Assembly: GCA_977016875.1 (NCBI GenBank)
Contig: CDRNST010000091.1
Coordinates: 1,798,001-1,862,000 of the forward strand
Direction: 5' to 3'
Length of the DNA: 64,000 nucleotides
From: Pavona decussata
Taxonomy: Eukaryota
The translations under genes were made by a program, and so were the position numbers. Under the pieces are notes generated by a model. That model was not told the DNA's origin. It did no database searches and worked only from the letters and a program-made list of their open reading frames with translations. Positions 1 through 10,743 of this stretch are shown here, one piece after another. Each line of letters begins with the position of its first letter. Positions within the stretch are counted from its first letter, which is position 1.

Positions 1-6
1 GCAACT

Positions 7-993
7 TTACATTTCTGTCAAATGTTCAGGGCAGAATAATTGTTTCACTCCACTCCGAACATCATTCATTCTCCAGAGAAGAAGACACGGGTTGAGGGAC
101 GAAGATAAAAATAAAAGCGTGGTCGTGATATCCAATGCCACTGATACTCCACGTGATTCGTCACCACCTACATAGACATACATCCCAGTGGAAATAATAA
201 AAGGCACGAAACAGCCATAAAACAGGGCTAGAACGTACAGTATTGTGGACACGGACTTCTTGTACTTCTCCAAGTTTATCGCCGCTTGACCAAAATGTTG
301 AGATCGCTCATCCGCTCGAACTTGCTGTCGATGGCGACGAATAATTCGAAGGACCTTGAAATACGCAACAGAAGTGGTCGAAAGGCAAAGCAATGCTGCC
401 GCCATTATCGTAGTATTGAATTCAAATGCAGGATTCCCCTTTATGGTTTCTATTGCTCTAAAAACTACAACGGGAATCGGAATGGCCAATAGTACGATAA
501 CGATAATATATCCACGAGATGATGTCACCAAAGACCTTCCAGTCATGTGCAGCCATCTTTCTACTCCTATCAGTGTTATAATAATAGCCGTGCTGGAGAT
601 AAAATAAGTTGCGCTGGCATCTCCAATGGCGTCCATTGTTATTAAACTCAATGGTCGGTTGCTAAAATTTCTGCAATCTAGCGCCAGGTAACGCAATTCT
701 GTGAAAGCGGTGAATGGTTGGGCGATGAGACCAGTAGAAAAATCCGTAAACGCTAATCCACTCAGAAGAACTTTGAAAGGTGTTCTCTGGAAATTCCTCC
801 TCCAAATCGCTGCCAAAATCAACGCATTTCCAACCACAGCCACCGGTGACAAAACAGCGATGATGATAGAAGACGACAACGATGATGCGTAGATGTAAGA
901 GTCCATTTTTTCACCACCGTCTGTCGATCCATGATTAGGCTGGCAAAGATTATTTGGTGGCGAAAAATGAAATGTTGTGTTGTTGGCGGACAT
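7..993 (-). CDS. Intronless class A orphan GPCR (7TM), intact
   Basis: 328 aa; GNALIL (TM1), LAFTD (TM2), ERWLHM (DRY variant), KYKKSV before TM6, SSSLNPCLLLWRMNDVR (TM7/helix 8; the NPxxY tyrosine is replaced by L). Confidence 0.92.
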   Translation of the reverse strand: MSANNTTFHFSPPNNLCQPNHGSTDGGEKMDSYIYASSLSSSIIIAVLSPVAVVGNALILAAIWRRNFQRTPFKVLLSGLAFTDFSTGLIAQPFTAFTELRYLALDCRNFSNRPLSLITMDAIGDASATYFISSTAIIITLIGVERWLHMTGRSLVTSSRGYIIVIVLLAIPIPVVVFRAIETIKGNPAFEFNTTIMAAALLCLSTTSVAYFKVLRIIRRHRQQVRADERSQHFGQAAINLEKYKKSVSTILYVLALFYGCFVPFIISTGMYVYVGGDESRGVSVALDITTTLLFLSSSLNPCLLLWRMNDVRSGVKQLFCPEHLTEM

Positions 994-2209
994 TTCCAGG
1001 AAAGGTTATCGCCGCTCGGAACCTTGGAAATCACAATATCACCGTTGTTGATTGAGAAAAGAGATGTCAACAAATGAAGGTGGAAAGTTTGTGTTTGGTA
1101 ATAATATTATACAACCATTGTTATTTATATTTGCATTAAGTATTTACTGCCACTAGATCGGATGGAATATTACAGCTGGAAGCTCCGAAAGTGTAGAGAA
1201 AGTGAATAAAATACTTTTTAAGGTTACTTTCCTATAGGTTTTAGAAATAATTAAACAGGTGAATTTCTTATATTGTCTTGATTTCATGCTTTTTAATTCC
1301 ACATGCAAATGCCGTTCAGTGTTAAATATTTCCCGCCTGTTTAGAATGGGCTTTTTTTAATTTCGTAGTGTTGTCCTTCCTTTGTCTTTAGAGACAATCA
1401 AAATGACTTCCAGGCGTTAATGTTGATAACAATGAAATATAAACAAAAATTTTATATTGTTTTTAAAAAAAAACTAAGAAAAAACGTAGGAAGATTTAAA
1501 CTGAACTTTACCGTAGCTTTATAAAACATTTCAGCTGCTAGGAGAGTTATTGGAGACACGTAAATCACAAGGAATCCATGGGTTATCGAAGCATCATCTT
1601 TTAATAAATCTAGCAGACTCGAAAATTAATCAAGGTTTGTTTCTTTGAAGTCTTGCGTGGTGGCAACCAAGCAAATTATGCGGCAATGAAATAAAATTAA
1701 TTATCTTTTATGTACTTTTAAGTTTCTGTTAATGTTTTCGTAGTTTATATGCGGTGAATTTCCACAAAGCGGTTAGGAAAGGCTTCGTGAAGGGAATAAA
1801 TAGCTAAAGGGGATATTTATGGAGTGGAAAGCACGTCCGTACACCTATGTTACAATAATCGTTGCTTCGCCGTACCAGGCAGTCTACAGTTGACAAGGAC
1901 TATCTAATTAATTAATTCAATCAGAGAAACAAATGAAAGCGAACCATGTAGAAAATAAAACATTAAACTTATTTCAGTTTGATTTGACAGCAATGATATA
2001 TGAAGTTCCCTCAGTGTGTACCCTTCGCCTGAAATAGTTTTCGTTGATTAAAACAATAATTGCACCACTGACAGCAACTTAATTAAAAAGTCTTCTACTT
2101 CTACGGCAGGTGACGTGTGTGGCAGTGAAATTTGGTTTGCATTGTGCATATCTATCCAGCGAAAAGGAACATTTCTTCAACAAATTGAACAAAAATCCGA
2201 ACCTTGAAC

Positions 2210-3185
2210 ATGTGGTCTAGGCTGAACAATTCATCCATGCTGTCCTTTCGTGAGGAGGAGCAATCTGACTTATTTAAGGATCCAAAATCGGGACCCATTT
2301 ACACTTTCCTTCCCTTCATGACTTCAGTTGTTGTTGGATGCTCTTCTCTTGTGGCAGTTCTGGGGAACCTGTTAATCATGGCCGCGATCTGGATGAACCA
2401 GACGCTCAGGACGCCTTTTTACGTTCTTCTTTGTGGCTTGGCACTGACTGATTTTTTAACCGGACTTATCGGCGAGCCACTTTACCTTGTTTACAAACTA
2501 ACTTACATTATACTGCATAAAAAATACACGATCTGGTTCTGCAGCAGCCACGTTGTACAGTTCTTTGGAGTATACTTTTGTTGGGTAACGTTTTTAATCA
2601 TGACGTTCATGTCCGTTGAAAGATGGCTTCATATGGCTCGTTCGTCGCTTCTCACCGTGCACCGTGTATGTGTTATATTGTGCCTACTGATGTTGGCGCC
2701 TGTTCCAATTTCAGTAGCTGCGTTAATTCGACGTTTTCGACAAGACAAGTGCGTTCCCAACGACTTTGAAATTTTTACAGAATGCCTCGCTGTATTCTGT
2801 TTCGGAGTAACATCCTTAGGCTATTTCAAAGTATTCCCGATCAGTTCGCCAACATCAAAACCAAGTTCAAGCGAATAACCATGCACACAATTTTGGCCAA
2901 TCGGCTATCGACCTTAAAAAATACAAAGAGTCGGTTTATACAATTTTCTACATACTAATACTGTTTTATTTTTGCTTTCTCCCCTCAACTTGTCTCTACT
3001 TATTGCGTGCTGTAGTAGAGTATAACTTTGAATTTCTCTTCATAGCTTCGGATGTGTCGATCGCGCTTGTCCTAGTCTCATCATCCATCAATCCGTTTCT
3101 GTACTGTTGGAGAATACGAGATATTCGCAATGGAGTGAAACACTTGATACGGACTAAAATATTTTTCATTTGCAAAAACGGTTAA
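2210..3185 (+). pseudogene. Class A GPCR with a single +1 frameshift
   Basis: ATG at 2210. Removing one C from CCC 2836-2838 joins TM1-5 to FRSVRQHQNQV...KKYKESV...SSSINPFLYCWRIRDIR, stop at 3185. Could be a sequencing error. Confidence 0.8.
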
Positions 3186-4684
3186 ATTTATAAAAAGATT
3201 TGAAAAAATGTCAAATACTTGTGAAATGTTCGTAACTGGTCTGACGCGGCGTTTCGTCTCCGTCAAGAGATTCTTCAGAGACCTTTTCAGAATTTTTAGG
3301 AAAACTCGTTGAGCATCACGCCGAAAGTCCCGTTCGCAGATTTAAGATGTTAGCAGTCCGGTCCTCTATCGCAGAAGGATTCCCAACCGCACGTACACGA
3401 GTTGAAAGTTATACAAAGAATTGAAAAATTATATTTCACATTTAGCAAAACTGTTACTGGCTCACAGCCTAAGTAATGATTTTTTGAACTGTGAGTCTAA
3501 TCTACTTTTTTTTCCAGTTTATCAGTTACTTTATCAACTTTCTATATTGTATTTATTATTTTTATTCAATTCTCGGTTATTGTTGTTAATTTTGTATTGA
3601 TGCACTGTTGTTATCGTAATTAATATTCAATCCAGAAGCTCCTTGAAAACCACTCTGCGGAGCTTTTTATAAGATATTCTTTGTTACTGTTATTACTAAT
3701 GCTGATGACTCCAAGACACTCAAGAAGAAAATTTTAGGGGAGACTTCTCTCCGTATTTTCAATATACAAAGGAAACAAAACCTTTGGTACTGGTGTACCT
3801 TCCTCGATCTGTGCGCCGCAAACTTCATCCTTTAATAATCCGCTTTGTACACATATTTAAACAGGCGAAATCGAAAATCCCAAAACGAGATCACGTAATC
3901 AAATATACAAATCTGCGTAAATTTCATGCACTAACAAAAACAGAGCAATAGAAAGATGCAGAAATCTGGATTGATTGAGTCAGTGTTCAGAAACCGCAAA
4001 AAAAGCCTCAAGTGGGAGTTCAGTCTGGCGTAGTAGTAATAATTGTATAAGAAATGCAGATTATTCTCGAATGTATTTGATCTACTGTATTTTCCTCTTT
4101 GTACATATTACTGCGTTGTAATTATTACAAACGACCCTGTGTACAAACTAGTGAAAGCCTCTATGGGCAAGTATTATACAAAATGAAGCTCCACACAACA
4201 AGAGTGAGACAGAAGAACCATGGATTTACAGAGAAGAGCCTTTATCTGGCATCCGTCTCCACAAAGTGACTAAAATCGTATGTAGTCAGCTATTTTAATT
4301 AAACGTGGTCAGTCTTGTCAAAATGGCTCGAAGCTCTCATCAAACAACGTTAATTGAAAGGGTTGTGTTAACTATCGCTCTCTGTGATCTTAGTGGCCGC
4401 ACCTACTTCATAAGTAATTAAGTATCAGGAAGTGTGTGTACCTATTTTCCTTTTTACTTGGCGAGGGGGGTGGAGGAATACTCGTCAGTCAGTGCGTCAA
4501 CAAAATAAAAAAAAATATGTAATCCACTTTGTCTTCTGGAAGAGCTCCACCGGCGACAAGGCAACGACAATGATTGTACTTGAAGACCCTGGTTCTCTAA
4601 CCTAGGTACCTTCCATCCCCCTTTTATCTTCCAAACTACAACAGAAGGTGTGACTGTATAAGAAAACAAGCAACAAAAACTTGT

Positions 4685-4963
4685 TTTATGTCTTCACCCC
4701 TACTAACATAAATATTATTGCTGTGTGCTGCATGTCCCGGGCTCAGTTTGCTGGGCAAAGGATAACAAAACAAACCATGATTTGGTGAAAATGGCTATGA
4801 GCAAAAGTCTCATAGCCCCTTTTATTTTTTATATAAATTGAACTAATGTATGGCTATGAACAAAGGCCCATAGCCACCTCATTACAACATCAGCGAAAGG
4901 ACTACTACTGTCCTGAATTAACTATTAATGATTTTGCCCAGTAAAGGTGAGGGCAACCAAAAC
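4685..4963 (-). repeat. Split direct repeat B2 (279 bp)
   Basis: Identical by eye to 5256-5534. Confidence 0.93.
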
Positions 4964-5004
4964 ACAGGACTAGGAAAAGAGGACAGGGCCACAGGGCGGG
5001 TGGG

Positions 5005-5258
5005 AAAAATAAAAGGCGGCTGAATTCGTTCAGAAGTAATCCACTGACGAACGTGGTGCGTGTCTTGGTGCAAAGGTCATGAACGCTAGAGGGTGGTACA
5101 ATATAGATTGTCAGGGCCCCAGCCCGTGACCCTGGTATCGTGACATTATGTCACACAATACAACAAAATTCCTAAAGAAACTTCAGTACTGAATAAAAAG
5201 ACAAACAACAGATCGGATTGAAGACATAAAATCCTATTTGTAAACAAATATTCCCTTT
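5005..5258 (-). repeat. Split direct repeat A2 (254 bp)
   Basis: Identical by eye to 11351-11604. Confidence 0.93.
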
Positions 5259-5534
5259 ATGTCTTCACCCCTACTAACATAAATATTATTGCTGTGTGCT
5301 GCATGTCCCGGGCTCAGTTTGCTGGGCAAAGGATAACAAAACAAACCATGATTTGGTGAAAATGGCTATGAGCAAAAGTCTCATAGCCCCTTTTATTTTT
5401 TATATAAATTGAACTAATGTATGGCTATGAACAAAGGCCCATAGCCACCTCATTACAACATCAGCGAAAGGACTACTACTGTCCTGAATTAACTATTAAT
5501 GATTTTGCCCAGTAAAGGTGAGGGCAACCAAAAC
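5256..5534 (-). repeat. Split direct repeat B1 (279 bp)
   Basis: Identical by eye to 4685-4963; overlaps A2 by TTT. Confidence 0.93.
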
Positions 5535-5835
5535 GCCAAAGCATCATGACAATTGACATGATGCCGCCCCACCCAAGGGAAATGCAGCACCCTATGTACA
5601 AAATACGCATTGATGACCAAATTGCAACATGATTAAATTCAATAACTTACAAAAGGTATGTTAAAGGTGGGAGATTAAATATGGTCCTAAAAACATGGCC
5701 ATGGAAATATAATGAAAACAGCGACAAGGTGCCAATATACTAAAATGAGATAAGCAAGACTGTTGCACTTGAAAAACAGCCGCAATTCTCAATATCAGTT
5801 GAACAGATAAAGTGAGCATAAAATTGCCGAGAGGA

Positions 5836-6365
5836 AGGAGACTGCTGCCCTTGCAAGTCAGCCCCATTCAACCCAGTAAAATTTGTAACAAAGCATATAC
5901 TTAATATAAAATAATATCAACAATACTGACCTAATGTAGAGATGCATGAGACTGCTGCCCTTGCGAGACAGTCCCTACGTCAAGTGATCAAACAAGAGTT
6001 AAGGATTTACGAGCCAACAATTAACGAGATAAGTGAGACTGCTGCCCTTGCGAGACAGCCTCACTCAAGCAAGTCAAATGCTTTAGGAATACAAAAATGG
6101 TGAAATGAAAAAGGAAGGGGGGGGGGGGGGTGGGCTAATGCCCTTGGTACATGGCCCTAAGCCTAAACCTACTATTAAACTATGGTTGTACTGAAATAGA
6201 TAAAATGCGGCTGTAAGTTGAACGCAACTGCTGCCCTTGCAAGACAATTCCGCTCAAATTCCTGCATACATGTAACCAAATTACATGAATAAAAATTAAT
6301 TAACCAAAACTATAAGTAATGCTGTGGTGGTGAATAAGACTGCTGCCCTTGCAAGTCAGCCTCCA
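5836..6365 (-). repeat. Array of five conserved GCAA-tetraloop hairpin motifs in the element 3' UTR
   Basis: + strand ACTGCTGCCCTTGC at about 5841, 5951, 6038, 6227 and 6339, with non-repetitive spacers and co-varying flanking stems. Confidence 0.8.
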
Positions 6366-6381
6366 ACGACATCTAAACAAA

Positions 6382-7299
6382 TCAAGTAGATACAGTAGAT
6401 ACTCGGATATACTTAAGAAATGCATTGGATTTCCAACGCCCTTGAATACGGATCTGAGCATCGGAAAAACCACGATCTGCAGCATATGATGCAGCTCCTA
6501 TGCGAAAACTATGTCCCTTGTAACAGGAGGGGTCAAGCCCACAATATTTAATAGTTTGACAGAGTAGGTCTGCGAACAAAACCCTGGGTACTGGGTTCCC
6601 TTGAATGGTGAGAAAAATAGCACCTGCAGCATTGCCTCGTAATGCAAGATAATCAAGTATTAACTGAACTGGGCAGTGGTTATTCTGACGATTGACTACT
6701 AAGGAAAATGGGCGTTGATTATAGTTATGCTTGAAATCATGAAATGTAAGCTTTATGCCCACCACTTCTCTAGCAGGGTTAAGAAGCTTAGTGAGTTGAT
6801 GAATTTGCAAAGGGGCGGCAGAAGCCCGTGTTGCAGTAATTTCACCCACTCTTAAAAATGCAAAAAATGCGAGAGAACACATTGCTCGAAATAAGGTTAT
6901 CCGATACTGTGACCCAGTGATATGAGAAGCAGAATCTAATATTCTATGCAGTTTATTAAGAGTAATTGGTAATCTGCAGTCCAAGCGGTGGCCAATCTTT
7001 CGATATCCTTTCAATGTTTGCACAATGTAGAAAACTTTTCCTGGGTCAGAAAAACCCGCGAGCTTATGCGAGTACCCCAGAGCAGAAACGAAGGTGTTCA
7101 CGGAGGAAGGGGCATAATGCTTATCGAACAAATAGGCTATGAAAAGTGCTAATGTAGGTGGTGGGATTGGGAGTGAAAACATTGTGGACTGAAATACATC
7201 GTAGAGAAATTGGTTGAAAAGTGCCCATGCCCTCTTATAAGTAGGTATTGAGGCTGGCTGAAGGCTTGCATGCATAAGCTTAGAAACTATAGCTGCCAA
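6382..7299 (-). CDS. Tyrosine recombinase of the Ngaro element
   Basis: FLRVGE, GHSFRIGAAS and GRWKSNAFLKYIR (R-HxxR-W-Y catalytic set); N-terminal SAM-like region. Confidence 0.95.
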   Translation of the reverse strand: MAAIVSKLMHASLQPASIPTYKRAWALFNQFLYDVFQSTMFSLPIPPPTLALFIAYLFDKHYAPSSVNTFVSALGYSHKLAGFSDPGKVFYIVQTLKGYRKIGHRLDCRLPITLNKLHRILDSASHITGSQYRITLFRAMCSLAFFAFLRVGEITATRASAAPLQIHQLTKLLNPAREVVGIKLTFHDFKHNYNQRPFSLVVNRQNNHCPVQLILDYLALRGNAAGAIFLTIQGNPVPRVLFADLLCQTIKYCGLDPSCYKGHSFRIGAASYAADRGFSDAQIRIQGRWKSNAFLKYIRVSTVST

Positions 7300-8996
7300 T
7301 GCTGGGGCTGCAGATGGTGAGGAATCTCCGATGGACAGGGGTTCATGTAAGCAGGGGCCAGCTGCTTGAAGATGGGAATCTGCAATCGAGATAAAGAATC
7401 TGCTAACTTGTTGTGGACCCCAGGGATATGCTTAGCCTTAAAAACAATGTTGTACTTCAAGCAGACTGAAACCAGCTTTCGGACAAAGGACATTAAAGAT
7501 TTGTCACGACAGGATTGTTTGTTAATGATGTAAACTAGGGCTTCATTATCCGTAAAAAATAAAATGCAGCGATTACGTATCAGATGACCCCATAAGTGGA
7601 GACTCAAAACAATTGGATAAAATTCAAGAAAAGCAATATTCTTATGTAGCCAATGCACAGGCCATTTCCCATAGCACCAGTGGTTTTGAAAAATGGCCCC
7701 AAAACCAAGCGAACCGGCTGCATCAGTGAATAAATTAAGCTTATCTGAGCTATGCCAAATATCATCAAGGAAGAAGGATCTGCCATTGAATGATGACAAG
7801 AAGGACAACCAAACCCTCATATCTTCTTTTGCTTCGCCCGAAAGTCTGATGCGGTAATGAGCTGCTTTAATGCCAATAGTAAGGTCGATATGCCTTCGTA
7901 GGAAGGCCCGACCGGGTAGAACAACAGAGCATGCAAAATTTAAAAGGCCTATTAATGACTGTAATTCTTGCAAAGATACCTTCTTGCGATGGAGGAAATT
8001 GGAGATGAGCTCAGTACATTTGTTAAGCTTATCTTGAGGCAAACGAGCTTCAGACTGAACGGTATCAAGTTCAATACCAGCAAATGAAAGGACGGTTGAG
8101 GGGCCACAAGTTTTACCCGGTGCTATGGGAATCCCTAAATACTGACATAAACTTAAGAAAATATCCAACTGTTTTTGGCAAAGTGAATCAGATGGGGCAA
8201 CAATCAGGAAATCATCAAGTAAATGAAGAATCTTTTGAATGCCAAACTTCTTTTGGGCAATCCATTCAACCGAGGTACTGAAAATTTCGAAAGTTTTGCA
8301 TGAACTGGCACAACCCATTGGCATGCAGCGATCATAATAATAACTTCCATTCCATTTTATACCGAGAAGATGGTAGTCACGGGGGTGAATTGGAATTATT
8401 CTAAATGCATTTTTAACATCTGTTTTGGCTAAAAAACAACCTGGGCCAGCAAGTTTAATAAAGTGAATGGCATCTCGTATGGTAGCATAATGGACACTTG
8501 TATTCACAGAAGAAATCCCATCATTAATTGATGTACCTTTTGGATAGGATAAATGATGAATAAGTCTAAATTCACCAGGCAACTTCTTAGGGACCACACC
8601 TATGGGGGACACATGGAAAATTGGAAATGGGGGAGAGTGGAATGGGCCAGCTAGCCTATGGGCATCCAGTTCTTTCTTTAGTTTTGCATCTACTATCTCA
8701 GGATGTTCAAGAGCTGACTTCAAATTGGTGGTCTCAAAACAAACATGATCACCTTCATAATGTAAGGGAAAACCGTCAGTAAATCCAGAACGCAAGAATT
8801 CAACAGTTGAATGAATGTAACCAGAAAGAAGAAGACATAAATTATGAACTCTTATTGGGGTTGGAAGAGGAGGGCTTGGCAGCCTGGGTGCGGGTGATGG
8901 GGGATTTGCGTGGGCCACGAAAATTACACTGAGAGGCTCGATGTTGGCCGTCACACTTGAAACAGGTGTGCTTAAAGTTACAGCCAGCACACTCAT
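7287..8996 (-). CDS. Reverse transcriptase / RNase H of the Ngaro element (true start uncertain; overlaps gag)
   Basis: VSPIGVVPKK, FRLIHHLS, KTDVKNAFR, MPMG, HLLDDFL; RNase H motifs LFTDAAG, LEFYPI, FTDN, NKLADSLSR. Confidence 0.95.
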   Translation of the reverse strand: MSVLAVTLSTPVSSVTANIEPLSVIFVAHANPPSPAPRLPSPPLPTPIRVHNLCLLLSGYIHSTVEFLRSGFTDGFPLHYEGDHVCFETTNLKSALEHPEIVDAKLKKELDAHRLAGPFHSPPFPIFHVSPIGVVPKKLPGEFRLIHHLSYPKGTSINDGISSVNTSVHYATIRDAIHFIKLAGPGCFLAKTDVKNAFRIIPIHPRDYHLLGIKWNGSYYYDRCMPMGCASSCKTFEIFSTSVEWIAQKKFGIQKILHLLDDFLIVAPSDSLCQKQLDIFLSLCQYLGIPIAPGKTCGPSTVLSFAGIELDTVQSEARLPQDKLNKCTELISNFLHRKKVSLQELQSLIGLLNFACSVVLPGRAFLRRHIDLTIGIKAAHYRIRLSGEAKEDMRVWLSFLSSFNGRSFFLDDIWHSSDKLNLFTDAAGSLGFGAIFQNHWCYGKWPVHWLHKNIAFLEFYPIVLSLHLWGHLIRNRCILFFTDNEALVYIINKQSCRDKSLMSFVRKLVSVCLKYNIVFKAKHIPGVHNKLADSLSRLQIPIFKQLAPAYMNPCPSEIPHHLQPQHWQL

Positions 8997-9978
8997 TGCC
9001 TTTATGGTATTTATAGCAAAAACCCTTAGGGATTGCTACAAACCAGTTGGTTTTCCCTGAACTCTGAGGAGTTCTCTGATATGGGGTCTGCTGTGATCGT
9101 AACCAGAGCTCCCAGTGAACATTACCCCAGGGGAGGGAAGTGGGCTGGGTCTGTCTCAGAAAGCGAAAATGCTCATCGTAATATTTCCAGTTTTGCCCCC
9201 TGGCTGCCAAGTCCTGGATAACATCTGCATATTTCATGAGAACTGAGGCCTCATTTGGATATTTCTGGACATAAATGCCCGCAAAAATATGGAAGGCATG
9301 CATCCAAGTTTCGATGTTCTGAATCTTCTTAGGCCTGGCCGCCGGTTCAAAACACAGAGACGGGGTTCTGCCCTCTGTAGTTGTTTGCAAACTTAGCTGG
9401 AATTTATTGTCTAGCACTGGATTAACCAGTAATGAGCCAAAATCGATGTACTCTTGCAGCCAAATCTTTCCCTTAAGTTTAGGAGAAACCCTCGAATCAA
9501 TTGGGAGGCTGGCAGAGTTAAACAAAGGGCCTGATGGTAAAGGAGTTGATGTGGTGGCAGGCAGAACCTCACCTGAGAGGGTTGCATTAACTGCATTTAC
9601 TGAATCACTAACTACAGCAGCAACACTGCGCGATGATTGGGAATCCCCACTTGCAATAGTCACATCAGTAGGAGTACAGGCTGGAACTTCCTCTTGAAGC
9701 TGAGAACTTGGAGGAGCAGACTGGCCAGCAGGAATAAGGAGGGGTGTTAACTGCTTGGTAACTTCTGTGGTTACTTTGGACACAATCTGTTCCAGAAGAC
9801 CAGGAGGGATGGAAGATGCTGCAGAAGGATGAAGACCTGTGGTGCGTGATTCTGCAGTGGCGGCAGGCACACGCTGAACTTTGTCCTTGCCAGTAGTTTT
9901 AGTGACGCGCCGTGTCCGTTTAGGAGGAGGTTGCACGGGCGGATGAACTGATGGACGTTTCTGGCGACGTGGAGGCAT
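8842..9978 (-). CDS. Gag-like ORF1 of the Ngaro element
   Basis: Likely ATG at 9978 (MPPRRQ; the ORF is open from 10062); WxxYDxxFR motif (WKYYDEHFR); C-terminal Cys/His knuckles CYKYHKGNECAGCNFKHTCFKCDGQHRASQC. Confidence 0.88.
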   Translation of the reverse strand: MPPRRQKRPSVHPPVQPPPKRTRRVTKTTGKDKVQRVPAATAESRTTGLHPSAASSIPPGLLEQIVSKVTTEVTKQLTPLLIPAGQSAPPSSQLQEEVPACTPTDVTIASGDSQSSRSVAAVVSDSVNAVNATLSGEVLPATTSTPLPSGPLFNSASLPIDSRVSPKLKGKIWLQEYIDFGSLLVNPVLDNKFQLSLQTTTEGRTPSLCFEPAARPKKIQNIETWMHAFHIFAGIYVQKYPNEASVLMKYADVIQDLAARGQNWKYYDEHFRFLRQTQPTSLPWGNVHWELWLRSQQTPYQRTPQSSGKTNWFVAIPKGFCYKYHKGNECAGCNFKHTCFKCDGQHRASQCNFRGPRKSPITRTQAAKPSSSNPNKSS

Positions 9979-10129
9979 TCTAGGATACAGAGAAAAGCGG
10001 CAGACTCTGTGGTCCAAAAACAAACTTACAGGCTGGTACTGGTATAGGAAATACACAGACATGGAGTCTCAATGAACTTACATAACAATTAAGACCATTA
10101 CACAAGATAGTAAATCATAATTTCAATAT

Positions 10130-10502
10130 CAGAGGAGCAAAGCCCCATAATAAAAATAGAGGAACAAAGCCTCAAAATAATGCTCACATGCCAGCAAAAA
10201 ATAAAAATCGAGGAATGAAGCCTCGAGTTAAAGCTGGCGTTAACATATGGCCAGCAAATAAGGGAGCAAGGCCGCAACGACCTTGGAATAAAAAGAGGAA
10301 CTAAACCTCAAATTAAAGCTGACGTAAAAAATTTTACGAACAGCAATTGACACGAGGAGCAAAGCCTCGAATTACAGCTGGCATAAACATATGACCAGCA
10401 CAGCTGACATAACAAGAGAGTGAGCAAAATAAATGAGGAACAAAGCCTCAAATTCAGAGCTGTCATAAGAATATGAACAGCCAATAAGGGAACAAAGCCC
10501 TC
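10130..10502. repeat. Array of about 8 short hairpin motifs GAGG-A(A/G)CAAAG-CCTC, several followed by a GCTG...CAGC stem-loop
   Basis: Copies near 10132, 10159, 10210, 10261, 10295, 10354, 10435 and 10487; AGGG/CCCT variant at 10487. Confidence 0.75.
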
Positions 10503-10743
10503 TCAGATTTTATTTTTATTTTTAAAAATAAAAATAAAATGTAATGCAACAAAAGAAAAATTGGGCAGGACAAGCCGGGCTGACAAAATGTCGCCAAAGT
10601 GGCAATGCCAATTAAGAGCCCACAAATGAACAAAACAAAAATATACATTAATATGAAAATTAATACATAGAGCAGAAAATTAGCCTTAACAAACGTAACA
10701 TAAACCAGAATAAAACGGTGATCTGGGTGACAATGATGTACAC

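Noticed and set aside
3540-3700. Possible LINE 3' tail remnant
   Set aside because: Too short and degenerate to assign without a repeat library
6116-6134. G-run (also the C-run at 33421-33440) as a G-quadruplex
   Set aside because: Simple homopolymer with no supporting evidence of function
5836-6365. CRISPR-like repeat-spacer appearance
   Set aside because: The invariant core is only about 14 bp, spacing is irregular, there are no cas genes, and the context is a eukaryotic retrotransposon; reported as an RNA motif array instead
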